DNA of 64,000 bases, from assembly GCA_965220075.1 (NCBI GenBank), contig OZ244806.1, forward strand, positions 519,009 to 583,008, written 5' to 3'. Both the position numbers and the translations under genes were made by a program. Source of the stretch: Chloroflexota bacterium. GTDB taxonomy: Bacteria > Chloroflexota > UBA11872. The notes under the pieces were generated by a model. That model was not told where the DNA came from, searched no databases, and worked only from the letters and a program-made list of their open reading frames with translations. This document shows, one piece after another, positions 19,747 through 28,896 of the stretch (positions are counted from its first letter, which is position 1; each line of letters starts with the position of its first letter).

Positions 19747-20419
19747 GGCCGAAACTCGCGCCTACTATCGCGCCCGCGCCGCCGAGTATGAGCAGTGGTA
19801 CACGCGCACCGGCCGCTACGCGCGCGGTCCCGCGGAGGACGCCGCCTGGCGCCGGGACCTCCGGGCGGCCGAGGACTTCGTGCGGCCGCTGCGCGGCCAG
19901 CGTGTCTTCGAGATCGCTTGCGGCACCGGCTGGTGGACCCGCCGTCTGGCCATGACGAATCGGGTAACTGCCTCCGACCACGCCGCCGAGACACTGGCGG
20001 AGGCCCGTGCCAGCGACCCGCCCGGCGCGACGCTGCCGCGATGTCGGGCCGACGCCTATCGTCTGCCGCTGCCGGCCAGCAGCTTTGACGCCGCCTTCTT
20101 CGGGTTCTGGTTGAGCCATGTGCCGGTGCCGCGCGCCGCCGAGTTCATGCGCGAGGCTGCCCGCATCGTGCGGCCCGGCGGTCATCTCTGGTTGGTCGAC
20201 TCGCGTCAGGACCCCAGCCACGGAGCACGTGATCAATCCACGCTGGGAAGCCGCGTCCAGGCGCAGCGGCGCCGCCTGAATGACGGGCGCGAGTTCCGCG
20301 TGTGGAAGGTCTACTGGTCGCCCGCCGACCTCCGCTTCCTCTTCGGATTGGTTTGCCGCGACGTCGAAATCCACCTGACCGACCGCTTTTTCAGCCTGGC
20401 GCGCGGCGCGGTGGTCTGA
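19736..20419 (+). CDS. Class I SAM-dependent methyltransferase
   Basis: VFEIACGTGWWTRRLA (motif I)...LPLPASSFDAAFF...VRPGGHLWLVD. The TTG start overlaps the upstream stop. Confidence 0.65.
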   Translation: MDVEAETRAYYRARAAEYEQWYTRTGRYARGPAEDAAWRRDLRAAEDFVRPLRGQRVFEIACGTGWWTRRLAMTNRVTASDHAAETLAEARASDPPGATLPRCRADAYRLPLPASSFDAAFFGFWLSHVPVPRAAEFMREAARIVRPGGHLWLVDSRQDPSHGARDQSTLGSRVQAQRRRLNDGREFRVWKVYWSPADLRFLFGLVCRDVEIHLTDRFFSLARGAVV

Positions 20420-20451
20420 GGATCACTCAGGCGCGGCCGGCCGATCGACGT

Positions 20452-20742
20452 TCAGACGCGCTTGGCTGCGGCCGCCTCGATTTCGGCCAGCAACCCGAAG
20501 TCTTTTTCGGTCACGCCGCCCTGGTCGTGGGTGGACAGCGTGAAGGTGATGCGCCGGTAGTTGATGAACATGTCCGGATGGTGATCCGCCGCTTCCGCCG
20601 GACCGGCCACGTCGTTGACCAGCCCGACCACGTCCATGAAGCCTTCCAGCTCGAACTTCTTGACCAGCGCGTTTTCGCGCAGCTCCCAACCGGGATGATT
20701 CCGAATTCGGTTGCGAATCTCTGTCTCGCTCAGCACAGCCAT
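20452..20742 (-). CDS. phhB: Pterin-4a-carbinolamine dehydratase (PCD/PhhB)
   Basis: MAVLSETEIRN...GWEL...ADHHPD...THD. AGGAGG lies 7 nt upstream of ATG 20742. The longer listed ORF has an Arg-rich N-terminal artefact. Confidence 0.8.
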   Translation of the reverse strand: MAVLSETEIRNRIRNHPGWELRENALVKKFELEGFMDVVGLVNDVAGPAEAADHHPDMFINYRRITFTLSTHDQGGVTEKDFGLLAEIEAAAAKRV

Positions 20743-20825
20743 TTGCCAACCTCCTACTCTGACCGCATATGAGTTTGGCGAGCCGCAGCCACTCCGCACA
20801 AGTCGGCGCGGACGTTCGCGCCGCT

Positions 20826-20832
20826 TATAATT
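20826..20832 (+). promoter_or_regulatory. TATAAT -10-like hexamer in the divergent intergenic region upstream of the epimerase gene
   Basis: ccgcttataattgcg; an AT hexamer is conspicuous in ~70% GC sequence. Confidence 0.25.
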
Positions 20833-20899
20833 GCGCCCCTGTGCTGGCGACCTCACGGCCGCACGCGGCGGCCTCCAATACTGTTCCGTCCCCCCGGGC

Positions 20900-21859
20900 G
20901 TGAGAGTTCTCATAACCGGCGCCGCCGGCATGTACGGCATCACGCTAATCCGCCGCTTGCTGCGCGACGAACCGGCGGCGTCAATCGTGGCGGTGGACGA
21001 TTTCTCGCGCAGCTACCCGGGCGGCGAGCCGCTTACCGCCGAGGCTGAGCGCAGCGGGCGCATCCAGGTCCTGCGAAGTGACTACGCGGATATCTCCAGC
21101 GCCGACATCGACCGGCTGGCCCTACAGGCCGTGGTTCACTTCGCCGCGCGCATCTCCGTGCCGGAGTCCATGCGGGACCCGCACGGCTACTTCCAAAACA
21201 ACGAAGCCGGGACCTTCCGGTTCGCGCATGCCGTAGCCGGTGCGCGCCGGCCCCCATTGCTCGTCTACGCCTCCTCGCCCGAGGTTTATGGGGCCCCCGT
21301 GCGGGTTCCCATGGACGAAGATCACCCCCTGCATCCGCGCACCGTGTACGCGGTCAGCAAGGCCGCGGGCGAGATGCACTGTCTCGCCCTACACCGATGG
21401 TGGGGACATCCGGTCGTGATCCTGCGTAACTTCAACACGTACGGCCCCCACCAGAACCTGGCGGGCTACCCGGCGGTCATCCCGACCTTCATCCAGCGCG
21501 CCTTGCGCGGCGAGCCGCTCCGTCTCGAGGGCGGCGGAGCGCAGACGCGCGACTTCGTCTACGTGGACGACGCCGTGGACGCCTACTACCGCGTGCTCCT
21601 GAAGGGTCCTGGTCTGGCCGGCGCCGTACTCAACATCGGGACGGGCGTGCAGACATCCATCCGAACCCTTGCCGAAACGGTACGCCGCGTGACCTCTTCG
21701 CGCAGCAGCGTCGAAGTCAGCCAGGCCCGTCTTTCGGATCTGCCCGCGCTCTGCGCCGACACCACTCGCATACGGTCGGAGCTTGGGTGGGCGCCGCGCG
21801 TCTCGCTCGAAACCGGCATCGCGCGGACCGCCGAATGGCTGCGTGCGGCGCAGGCATGA
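20900..21859 (+). CDS. NAD-dependent sugar-nucleotide epimerase/dehydratase (SDR)
   Basis: VRVLITGAAGMYG...YAVSKAAGE...RNFNTYGP. GTG start at 20900. Confidence 0.75.
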   Translation: MRVLITGAAGMYGITLIRRLLRDEPAASIVAVDDFSRSYPGGEPLTAEAERSGRIQVLRSDYADISSADIDRLALQAVVHFAARISVPESMRDPHGYFQNNEAGTFRFAHAVAGARRPPLLVYASSPEVYGAPVRVPMDEDHPLHPRTVYAVSKAAGEMHCLALHRWWGHPVVILRNFNTYGPHQNLAGYPAVIPTFIQRALRGEPLRLEGGGAQTRDFVYVDDAVDAYYRVLLKGPGLAGAVLNIGTGVQTSIRTLAETVRRVTSSRSSVEVSQARLSDLPALCADTTRIRSELGWAPRVSLETGIARTAEWLRAAQA

Positions 21860-22839
21860 GGACGCTGGTTACCGGCGGAGCGGGGTTTATCGGGCGGCAC
21901 GTCGTCGCCGAGCTATTGCGCCGGCGCCACGAGGTGAGCGTGCTCGACGATCTCTCCCGCGCGCATCAGGGCGGCCTAGACGAGTTCGCCGGGCACGCCG
22001 CTTACTTGGGGCTTGAAACCGCCGACGTCGCCGACGCCTGCGTCGTCGAGCGCGCCGCGCGCGGCGTGGACGTGATCTTTCATCTCGCGGCCAGCGTGTC
22101 CGTGGGGACGAGCGTGCGCGACCCCAGCGCCGCCATCCGCGGCAACGTGCTCGGGGCGCTCGCCGTGCTGGAAGCGGCGCGCCGCGCCGACCTTCGTCTT
22201 GTTCACGTCAGCACCTGTCACGTCTACGCCGCCGCGGCCGCGCCGCTGGCTGAGTCGGCGCCCGCCGTTCCTGCTTCCCCCTATGCCGCGTCCAAGCTGG
22301 CCGCCGAGGAGCTGGCGCGCGCCTACCGGGCCGCCTACGGGCTGCGTCTCACCATCGTGCGCCCGTTCAACGTCTACGGCCCGTGGCAGCGCCGCGATCT
22401 CGAGGGCGGAGTAGTGGCGCGATTCATCGGCGCCGATCTCGCCGGAGAGGTAATCGAGGTCCACGGCGACGGGGAGCAGACGCGCGACTTCCTATATGTC
22501 ACCGACTGCGCGCGCGGCATCGTGGACGCCGCCAGGGATGCCGCCGTCGGCACGGTGATCAACCTGGCCACCGGTATCGAGACCAGCGTGGTCGAGCTGG
22601 CTCGCCTGGTTGCCGCCCGGCCGGAGCTGATTCGGCACGTCCCTCACCCACACGCCGGGGCCGAGGTCGAGCGTTACGTCGGCGATGCGGGCGTGGCCCA
22701 CCGGCTCTTGGGCTGGAAAGCGCGGATCGCTCTGACCGACGGGCTGCGCCGCACGCGCGCGTGGCTCGGATCATACGACCAGCTCGAGACCGGGCCATCT
22801 ATCATGGGGGGTGCGCCCCGGCGTGTAAGCGATCCATAG
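21856..22839 (+). CDS. NAD-dependent sugar-nucleotide epimerase/dehydratase (SDR), tandem paralogue
   Basis: MRTLVTGGAGFIG...YAASKLAAE...RPFNVYGP. Its ATG overlaps the upstream stop (ATGA). Confidence 0.75.
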   Translation: MRTLVTGGAGFIGRHVVAELLRRRHEVSVLDDLSRAHQGGLDEFAGHAAYLGLETADVADACVVERAARGVDVIFHLAASVSVGTSVRDPSAAIRGNVLGALAVLEAARRADLRLVHVSTCHVYAAAAAPLAESAPAVPASPYAASKLAAEELARAYRAAYGLRLTIVRPFNVYGPWQRRDLEGGVVARFIGADLAGEVIEVHGDGEQTRDFLYVTDCARGIVDAARDAAVGTVINLATGIETSVVELARLVAARPELIRHVPHPHAGAEVERYVGDAGVAHRLLGWKARIALTDGLRRTRAWLGSYDQLETGPSIMGGAPRRVSDP

Positions 22840-22885
22840 AGGACCGCCGTGGCCGCATTCCCTTTCTGCCAGGATCGCCCGCCCC

Positions 22886-23449
22886 TTGCGCCCGCACGAC
22901 GAACCGTCAGAGGAGCAGCTGGACGAGCTCATACGGGCCGCCGCGCGTCTCGACCGCGACGCCTTCGGTGAGATATACCGCGCCTTCGCTCCCAAGATCC
23001 ATAGGTTCATCGCCTACCAGATCGGGGATCGGGTAACCGCCGAGGACCTGACCAACCAGGTGTTCCTGCGCGCCATGGAGGCGATCGCTCGATACGAGCA
23101 CCGCTCGGTTGGGGAGTTCACCGCCTGGCTCTTCCGAATCGCCCGAAACGTGGTCGTGGATAACTGGCGCGCCCGCAAGGACACGGTCCCGCTCGAAGAA
23201 GCCTTGGTGGCGCAGCCCGTGGACACGCTCGATTCGCACTTCGAATCGCTGGCGCGCCGCGATGAGCTGCGTCGCGGCTTGCGGCGGCTCACCGACGATC
23301 AGCGCCTCGTGCTCACCTACCGATTCGGGCTGGGAATGAGTCATGCCGAGACGGCCCGGCTCATGGGGCGTAACGAGCCCGCCGTCCGTGCGTTGCAATT
23401 TCGAGCGATTGCGACGCTGCGCAACGTCTTGGCCGAAGAGGACGCATGA
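22886..23449 (+). CDS. ECF-type RNA polymerase sigma factor (sigma-70 family, group IV)
   Basis: Region 2 (FGEIYRAFAPKIHRFIAYQIGDRVTAEDLTNQVFLRA) and region 4 (LTDDQRLVLTYRFGLGMSHAETARLMGRNEPAVRALQFRAI). Confidence 0.8.
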   Translation: MRPHDEPSEEQLDELIRAAARLDRDAFGEIYRAFAPKIHRFIAYQIGDRVTAEDLTNQVFLRAMEAIARYEHRSVGEFTAWLFRIARNVVVDNWRARKDTVPLEEALVAQPVDTLDSHFESLARRDELRRGLRRLTDDQRLVLTYRFGLGMSHAETARLMGRNEPAVRALQFRAIATLRNVLAEEDA

Positions 23450-25800
23450 GTCCGGAGTTGCAGACCGCCTTCGAAGTGAGCCTCGAGCGCCTGCTGCGCG
23501 GTGAGGCCACGCTCGAACAGTGCCTGCGTGACTTCCCGCGGCATCGCGGCGAGCTGCGCGACTTTTTGGTGATCGCCCTGGACCTGGAGGGCATGACCCC
23601 GCTGCCAATGTCCGACGCCGCCCTGCAGCGTGGTCTCGCGCTCACGCAGGGAGAGCTCGACCGGCGGCGCCTGCGCGCCGCCTCCACCCCGGCGCCCGCC
23701 CTTTGGGATCGCATCACCGCACGCGTCCCACGCTTCAGACCGTTGCGACTGGCGAGTCTGGCGGCCACCTTCGCCGTTGCCCTCATCGCGTACGGCGGCG
23801 TGACCCTGGCCGCTGTCGGCAGCGGTCCCGACAGCGCCCTCTACGGCTACCGTCTGGCGCTCGAGGAGTTCCGTATCTCGTTCGCCGCGGACGAGGACCG
23901 CGCGGCCCTCTACCTCGACACGGCCGAGGAGCGGCTGCGCGAGATCGAGCGTACCGCGGTCGGCAGCGACTCCGAGGCGGTTCAGCGCGCCTCCGACGCC
24001 TACGAGTCGCTAGTGCGCAAAGGCGTGTCGGCGCTCGGCGACGCCAGCGCCAATCCGGCGCCGCAACGGCGTGAGCGCGCCGTTGCGGCCATCCAGTCGT
24101 TCCGTGCTCGACTCCGTGAGCACGAGCGGCGCTTCGAGAGCATCACCGCCGGATTGGCGCCGGCCTTCCAAGCGCCCGTCACCCGCGCCGGCACCTCGGC
24201 GTCGGCCGGCTTGGCGCACGTGCAGAGCGGCGCCATCTTGGCCTTGGCGCCCACGCCATTCGCGGCCACGCCCTCGTCAGCGCCGCCCGCTATCACCGCC
24301 ACCGCCCCACCGACCGTGACGCCGCGGCCCGCCGTCCAGTCCCCACCCACGCCGGTGCCCACCGCAACGCAGACCGCGCCAAGCGTTACGACGGCTTCTC
24401 CAACCCCGCAGGCCCAGGCCGCCGCGGTGGACGCCGCCCCCGCCGACGCCGTTCTGATCGGCGTGCTCGATCTGCTCGAAGAGGGACGCGCGGTTGTCTC
24501 CGGCGTGGAGCTGCGTGTGCCGGCGGGACCGGACGCGCCGGACTTCGATCCGAGTCAGTTCGCGATCGGTGCTTGGGTCGAGGTCGCCGCTACCCTGAGC
24601 CCCGAAGGCGTTCTGTTCCTGCACGAGCTCAGCCTGCTCGCGCCCCCCGCCAGCGAACCCGCGCCTGCGGCAGCCGACTCTGACGCCGAACAGACGGCCA
24701 CGCCCGGCCCGCCGCCCGTGGCGGAGCCTACGCCCGACGCGGAAGTGACGGCCGAGGCAAGCCCGTCGCCGCAGCCCGGCGCGGCCCCTGCTGCCGGTGC
24801 CACACCCTCGCCCGAAGCCGAGCCCGCTGAAACACCCACGGCTGCGCCCGATGAGACGCCTCAGCCCACGGCCACCGCGGCGCCCGACTCCGCGGAAGAG
24901 CCCGGAGAAGTCACGCCCACGCCTGCGCCCGCACCTGAGACCGAGCCTACGGAGACACCCACGGCCACGCCCGGCGAGACTCCCCAGCCCACCGCCACTG
25001 CGGCGCCCGACTCCGAGGAAGAGCCCGGAGAAGTCACGCCCACGCCTGCGCCCGCACCTGAGACCGAGCCTACGGAGACACCCGCGGCCGAGCCCGGCGA
25101 GACCCCTCAGCCCACCGCCACCGCGGCGCCGGACTCCGCGGAAGAGCCCGGAGAAGTCACGCCAACGCCCGCGCCCGCACCTGACACCGAGCCTACCGAG
25201 ACGCCCACGGCCGCGCCCGGCGAGACTCCGCAGCCCACCTCCACCGCGGCGCCCGACTCCGCGGAAGAGACCGTCGAGGTCTCGCCCACGCCGCAGGCCG
25301 AGACCGGAGACGCTCCCGCGCTGGCGCTTAGTCCGTCACTGCTGGGGGTGTTGCAGGCCTTAGACGAGAGTCGCCTAGTCGTGGCGGGAGTGACGTTCGT
25401 GCGGTCCGACGACCCACCGCTCGAGATTCGTGGAACGCCGGCGATCGGGGACAAGGTGAGCGTGGAGTTCGAGGTCGCGACCGGCCCCGACGGTGAGTCC
25501 CTGCTGACTGCCCACGTGCTTGCGGCGCACGAGCCCGCCGGCGCGCAGCCTTCTTCGCACGCGCTCGTGCGGATCGAAGGCGTCGTCGAAGCCGTGAGCG
25601 ACGAGATGGTGCAGGTGGACGGTCAGATAGTGACGCTGCGAGGCGGTGAGGCGCCGACTGAAGTGCAAGGCGTGATCGAGGTCGGCGTCAGAGTCCGAAT
25701 TGAAGCGCTCGCCGCCGCGGCGGGCTATGAAGCCCTGCGCATAGTCGTCATCGAGTCCGCTGTCCAGGCGGCGGTCCCGAACGCGCCGCCGGTAGGCTAG
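23446..25800 (+). CDS. Putative membrane-anchored anti-sigma factor with a Pro/Thr/Glu-rich tandem-repeat linker and a C-terminal beta-rich domain
   Basis: Its ATG overlaps the sigma-factor stop (ATGA). A cytoplasmic N-terminus is followed by a TM segment (LASLAATFAVALIAYGGVTLAAV), then 41-aa repeats, then a C-terminal domain that looks DUF5666-like. Confidence 0.55.
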   Translation: MSPELQTAFEVSLERLLRGEATLEQCLRDFPRHRGELRDFLVIALDLEGMTPLPMSDAALQRGLALTQGELDRRRLRAASTPAPALWDRITARVPRFRPLRLASLAATFAVALIAYGGVTLAAVGSGPDSALYGYRLALEEFRISFAADEDRAALYLDTAEERLREIERTAVGSDSEAVQRASDAYESLVRKGVSALGDASANPAPQRRERAVAAIQSFRARLREHERRFESITAGLAPAFQAPVTRAGTSASAGLAHVQSGAILALAPTPFAATPSSAPPAITATAPPTVTPRPAVQSPPTPVPTATQTAPSVTTASPTPQAQAAAVDAAPADAVLIGVLDLLEEGRAVVSGVELRVPAGPDAPDFDPSQFAIGAWVEVAATLSPEGVLFLHELSLLAPPASEPAPAAADSDAEQTATPGPPPVAEPTPDAEVTAEASPSPQPGAAPAAGATPSPEAEPAETPTAAPDETPQPTATAAPDSAEEPGEVTPTPAPAPETEPTETPTATPGETPQPTATAAPDSEEEPGEVTPTPAPAPETEPTETPAAEPGETPQPTATAAPDSAEEPGEVTPTPAPAPDTEPTETPTAAPGETPQPTSTAAPDSAEETVEVSPTPQAETGDAPALALSPSLLGVLQALDESRLVVAGVTFVRSDDPPLEIRGTPAIGDKVSVEFEVATGPDGESLLTAHVLAAHEPAGAQPSSHALVRIEGVVEAVSDEMVQVDGQIVTLRGGEAPTEVQGVIEVGVRVRIEALAAAAGYEALRIVVIESAVQAAVPNAPPVG
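24862..25300 (+). repeat. Tandem direct repeat, 123 bp unit, about 3.6 copies, in frame within the anti-sigma gene
   Basis: Unit starts at 24862, 24985, 25108 and 25231. It encodes TPQPTATAAPDSAEEPGEVTPTPAPAPETEPTETPTA(T/A)PGE with a few substitutions per copy. Confidence 0.85.
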
Positions 25801-25801
25801 A

Positions 25802-26821
25802 TCAGGCTATCACCAGCACGTGGGGCGCCGCCCACATGCGGTGGCCGCCCGGCGTGGGGTCGAGCCCAAACACTTGCTGCGGCGTCAACATGGGGCGGTC
25901 CGAGAATCGCGGCGCGTAGGGGTTGGCCTGAAAGAGCTTCAGGCCACGCCACTGTATTCGTGGATACCTCTCTTGGCTGGTCAGTTCGTTGTACGCCCAT
26001 ACTTTGACGTCCGGCGAGCCAAACCCATCCGCGTCGATCACCAGCTCCACCTCGGGAAACACCTCGAGATCGTGCTTGTGCGAAATCATCGTCCAACCTG
26101 TGGTGGCCAGGTCCGCAAACTGATGGACCATCAACAGCTTCTTGAAAGGCAGGTTCTCGTCACGCACGTAGGTGGCCAGAAGCTCCTGCGCCCGATTGAT
26201 CGCATCGGCTGTGAGGTGCCCAATCGGATCTCCCGGCATCGTTTGTCCGGGTCGAGTCGCGAACTCAGGGTCCAGGGCCACGTGCACGTTGGGGTACGCC
26301 AGAAAGCCCGCGTCGATCATCCGGCGTATGAAGTACAGCGGCGACAGACGACCCATCTGGGCATCCAGCACCACCGCCATCCCGCGCTCCCGCGCTGGCT
26401 CGATGTAGTCCCCGATGATGTCCACGCCGGATGCGTCCAGCAGGATTACGCAAGAGTCGTCGTCGCTGTAGCACGGCCGCGCCACTGCGTAGAGTAAATG
26501 CGGGGCGAGCGTTACGGGGCGGTTATCGTTCAGTTGCCCTACGCTGTCCGCCCACGGCTGCACTCTCTGGGCCATCTCATCGAGCGATTGCACGGCGCCG
26601 AGCATCCCGAGAACGGGCGCGACCCCGAAGCTGCGGCCGTAGACCGTGATCAGCGTGCGGTCGCCTATGAACGACTGTGGCCGGGGTGGTGAAGGATCGG
26701 CCTTAGCGTCCTGCGGGTACGGGATGAGGCCATCCGGGGGGAACGCGGGATCGTAGATGTCCCATGCTCCAGCGTTCCGAGTGGCCAGGAGCCCGGCGGC
26801 CCCTCCCGCCAACAGGCCCAA
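25802..26821 (-). CDS. Secreted/lipoprotein-like hypothetical protein (possible glycoside-hydrolase-like TIM-barrel)
   Basis: N-terminal LLAGGAAGLLA signal-like segment. No diagnostic motif was recognised. Composition and codon usage look coding. Confidence 0.45.
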   Translation of the reverse strand: MGLLAGGAAGLLATRNAGAWDIYDPAFPPDGLIPYPQDAKADPSPPRPQSFIGDRTLITVYGRSFGVAPVLGMLGAVQSLDEMAQRVQPWADSVGQLNDNRPVTLAPHLLYAVARPCYSDDDSCVILLDASGVDIIGDYIEPARERGMAVVLDAQMGRLSPLYFIRRMIDAGFLAYPNVHVALDPEFATRPGQTMPGDPIGHLTADAINRAQELLATYVRDENLPFKKLLMVHQFADLATTGWTMISHKHDLEVFPEVELVIDADGFGSPDVKVWAYNELTSQERYPRIQWRGLKLFQANPYAPRFSDRPMLTPQQVFGLDPTPGGHRMWAAPHVLVIA

Positions 26822-27046
26822 CCCACCTTTGACAAGCGACCGCCGTCCTCCCCTTTTTTGCTGCCAAGTCCCTGGCGCTGGCAGGCGGTCTAGCAGTGAG
26901 CGGTCCTTAGTCGGGGCGCAAAAACATTCCTGTTACGTAGGTGTTGACCATAGTGTACAGCGCTTCTCGGCTCTGCCAATTCCAAAACTCCGATGTCGCT
27001 CCGCGGCCGGCTGGAAACCTCGGCCCGGGCTATCGCCAAGAGGGGA

Positions 27047-28141
27047 CTAAGTGAGCGACCTGCGCAGGCGGCGCCGTTCCCGGTGCCGCTCCAGCGCCAG
27101 CTCGATCAGGCGCGACATCAGCTCCCGGTCGCCAACGCCGCTCGCCCTCCATAGCTTCGGGAACATGCTGATCGAGGTGAAACCCGGAATCGTATTGATC
27201 TCACTCACGAAGGGATCGAGCGACCCGCCGTCGACCAGAAAATCCACCCGGGCATACCCAGCCGCGTCCACCGCGCGAAACGTCCGCACGGCCATTTCTC
27301 GAAGACGCTCCGACAGCTCCGCCGGCAGGTCAGCCGGAATCACCTCCCGCGAGGTTCCATCGACGTATTTGGCCGCATAGTCATAGAACTCGTTGCCGGG
27401 GATCACTTCGCCGCACACGGACGCTTCGGGCGCGTCGTTGCCTAGCACGCTCACCTCGATCTCACGCGCCGATGGGACCGCTTGCTCGACGATGACGCGG
27501 CGGTCGAACTCGGCCGCCAGCCGCAGCGCCGCTGCCAGCTCGGTGCTGTCGTGAGCCTTCGAGATGCCCACGCTGCTTCCCAGGTTGCAAGGCTTTACGA
27601 ACACCGGATAGTCGAAGCCGCCTTCAACCTGGCGCCGGACGCGGTCAAGTTCGTGCTGAATGTCACGCCGCGTTACTATTATCCAGTCGGCTACCGGCAG
27701 CCCGCTGTCGCGCAGCACGCCGTTCGTGATCCCTTTGTCCAGGCCCACGGCCGATCCGGCTACGCCCGACCCCACGTACGCCAGGCCGGCCAGCTCGAAG
27801 AGTCCTTGCACGGTGCCGTCCTCGCCGTAGGTCCCGTGCAGCACCGGGAACACTACGTCCAGCCGCCCGATCGAATGTTCGCCCGCGCGCCGCCGCACCT
27901 CGGCGATCGGCAGCGCGGCGGGCAGACTCACTCCGTCCGCCGCTCGCTCACCGCCGTCGGTCAGCACGCTCATCGGATCGGCGCTCAGCAGCCACTCGCC
28001 CGCGCGCGTGATCCCTATGGGCACAACCTCGTATAGCTCCGGGTCCAGGGACTCGAGCACGAAGCTGGCCGAGCGCAGCGAGACTTCGTGCTCGCCGGAG
28101 CGGCCTCCGAAGACCACCCCCACGCGCAGACGCCGGTTCAA
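27047..28141 (-). CDS. ddl: D-alanine--D-alanine ligase
   Basis: [16 protein letters not shown]...[25 protein letters not shown]...EINTIPGFT. The TTG start overlaps the pyrE stop. Confidence 0.9.
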   Translation of the reverse strand: MNRRLRVGVVFGGRSGEHEVSLRSASFVLESLDPELYEVVPIGITRAGEWLLSADPMSVLTDGGERAADGVSLPAALPIAEVRRRAGEHSIGRLDVVFPVLHGTYGEDGTVQGLFELAGLAYVGSGVAGSAVGLDKGITNGVLRDSGLPVADWIIVTRRDIQHELDRVRRQVEGGFDYPVFVKPCNLGSSVGISKAHDSTELAAALRLAAEFDRRVIVEQAVPSAREIEVSVLGNDAPEASVCGEVIPGNEFYDYAAKYVDGTSREVIPADLPAELSERLREMAVRTFRAVDAAGYARVDFLVDGGSLDPFVSEINTIPGFTSISMFPKLWRASGVGDRELMSRLIELALERHRERRRLRRSLT

Positions 28142-28803
28142 AGCGCCAGCCCCAGGCTCGTGCGTGTGAAGAGCGGCTCGAAGCTGAATCCCGCCTGGCG
28201 CAGCGCCTCCCCGGCGCCCTCCTCGCGGTCGATCACCACCAGCACCCGCACTACCTCGGCCCCGAAATCCCGCAGCGCCGTCGCCGATTCGATCACCTGG
28301 CCCCCGCTGGTCACCACGTCCTCGATCAGAGCCACTCGCTCGCCGGCTTCGAGCGCGCCTTCGAAGCGCTTGAGGGTGCCGTAGGTCTTGGCTTCACCCC
28401 GGATGAGCACGCTCGGGATGCCGCTGGCCAACGCCGTAGCCGTTGCGAGCGGCACCGCGCCCAGCTCCGGTCCCGCAATGCGCTGCACCCCTTCTGGCAG
28501 CCGGGCCGCCAGAGCCGCGCCCAGGTCGCGCAATAGGGCCGGATTGGTGGCGAACAGAAACTTATCCAGGTAGTAGCGGCTGCGCCGGCCCGACCGCAGC
28601 AAGAAGTCGCCCTCCAGATACGCGGCTTGGACGATGCGCCGTCCGAGGTCGCTTAGATCGATCGTTCCGGGTGCCGGTGCCGCCACGCTCACCAGACTAG
28701 CAATCGCCGCCGGTGACGTAGCCGTGCGCAACAGGACCACCCCCACGGTCGCGCCGCCGGGACGGATTGCATGGCCTGTTGTGTCACCATGGCGGCTCTC
28801 CAT
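28138..28803 (-). CDS. pyrE: Orotate phosphoribosyltransferase
   Basis: [16 protein letters not shown]...[14 protein letters not shown] (PRPP-binding motif). The start shown is the maximal one; an internal GTG near VSVAAPAPG is more likely. The rest of the 679-aa listed ORF is an artefact. Confidence 0.8.
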   Translation of the reverse strand: MESRHGDTTGHAIRPGGATVGVVLLRTATSPAAIASLVSVAAPAPGTIDLSDLGRRIVQAAYLEGDFLLRSGRRSRYYLDKFLFATNPALLRDLGAALAARLPEGVQRIAGPELGAVPLATATALASGIPSVLIRGEAKTYGTLKRFEGALEAGERVALIEDVVTSGGQVIESATALRDFGAEVVRVLVVIDREEGAGEALRQAGFSFEPLFTRTSLGLAL

Positions 28804-28896
28804 TTGCGATCGGCGCCCGCGCCAGCGGCTCAGCGGCGCGCAGGGGTCCGGGCGCCGCCAATCTCCTGACGGGGCGCGCGCGGGCATGACAGGGCC

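Noticed and set aside
24862-25300. CRISPR array?
   Set aside because: The 123-bp repeats are contiguous with no spacers. They are in frame within a protein-coding gene and encode a PT-rich peptide module, so they are not a CRISPR array.
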